A stretch of DNA of 64,000 bases from Bispira polyomma (lineage: Eukaryota): NCBI GenBank assembly GCA_965649765.1, contig OZ287756.1, positions 16,864,001 through 16,928,000 of the forward strand, read 5' to 3'. The notes beneath the pieces were generated by a model that saw only the letters and a list, made by a program, of their open reading frames with translations, was not told the origin of the DNA and ran no database searches. Of the stretch, positions 63,300 to 64,000 are shown piece after piece (the stretch's first letter is position 1; each line of letters starts with the position of its first letter). Made by a program: the position numbers and the translations under genes.

Positions 63300-63605
63300 G
63301 AAGAGACTTTCTGTTTCCTCTGTTAAACCCACCAAGAAGGCTGGATCTAGAGCTTTCTTAATTGCTGCCCCCATGTTATGGAATAGTGTCCAAGTTGAGC
63401 TGGGGTTGGGAAAAAAACTGTAAACCTGTATTTTCAAACTTACTTACCCCCTTTATTTCCCTCCCTGTATACCCCTACATCTTTACACATCCTGTAGCTA
63501 TATATTTCGATTTCTCAATTGCTTATTTGATTCTGGTGGTGCACTTTAACAGATGCCTCACATCAACAAGGCGTGTTAAAAATGAAATATATAATAGAAT
63601 ACAAA
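63300..63605 (+). mobile_element. L2 LINE 3' fragment
   Basis: KKAGSRAFLIAAPMLWNS. Tail AGATGCCT...AGGCGTGTTAAAAAT resembles the reverse complement of 9640-9690. Confidence 0.7.
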
Positions 63606-63644
63606 TAACTGGCTTTTCCCTTGCTGAAAAACAGAAGGTTCAAG

Positions 63645-63810
63645 ATGACTTATAAACATCTTCAAGGTTTTTAGGACACAGGGACAGAAGACCGCCATTT
63701 AAGTGGTCATCCGAGCCACTATATATCATCCTCTGTACCTGAGAGTTCCAAGGGGTATCGAACCAAGGTGCCCTGTATTCATAGCAAAGTGTCTTACCTA
63801 TTAGACGACA
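63645..63810 (-). mobile_element. Degenerate Nin/Deu-like SINE
   Basis: GACAGAAGACCGCCATTTAAGTGGTCATCCGAGCCACTA is the reverse complement of ~5178-5217. Confidence 0.7.
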
Positions 63811-64000
63811 ATTGTATTCTAGTTTTATTTGTGCTCATTCTAGACTTGCCGGTGTATTTCTACTGTTGAATCGAGGAGAAAAAATATATTTATAGGAATA
63901 AACGAAGGAGTAGTGAAGTAATTCATATCCTATGAGAAAACATTTGTTGTGATGCATTGACGATAAAGACAATAATTTTTTGTAATTTTGTTTGTAAACA

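Overview
AT-rich eukaryotic DNA from a marine invertebrate, most likely a mollusc or other lophotrochozoan (inferred from the C1q-domain genes and SINE repertoire). The window is dominated by repeats. Positions 1-~2975 hold the 5' half of an apparently intact DIRS/Ngaro-type tyrosine-recombinase retrotransposon on the minus strand. Its gag-like ORF1 and RT ORF2 are linked by a textbook -1 ribosomal frameshift signal: A_AAA_AAC, a 6-nt spacer, then a perfect 9-bp stem with a GNRA loop. The only host genes I can support are a tandemly duplicated pair of spliced C1q-domain (C1qDC) genes on the + strand. Copy A (10061-13449) has intact 3' exons, and its 5' exons probably lie outside the window. 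Copy B (~17.5-28.2 kb) is a pseudogene with an 11-nt frameshift and a coiled-coil exon expanded by a 21-bp heptad minisatellite. A decayed NADAR/YbiA fragment lies antisense in copy B's putative first intron. The rest is nested mobile DNA: RTE-X-like and L2 LINE fragments, a MULE with a 9-bp TSD, a solo LTR, Harbinger transposase and MADF relics, several MITE families, tRNA-derived SINEs (Nin/Deu-, V-like and CORE-like), a Helentron-type non-autonomous element and tandem repeats. Most short ORFs in the supplied track are spurious or TE remnants. All family assignments are from motif recognition, not database searches.
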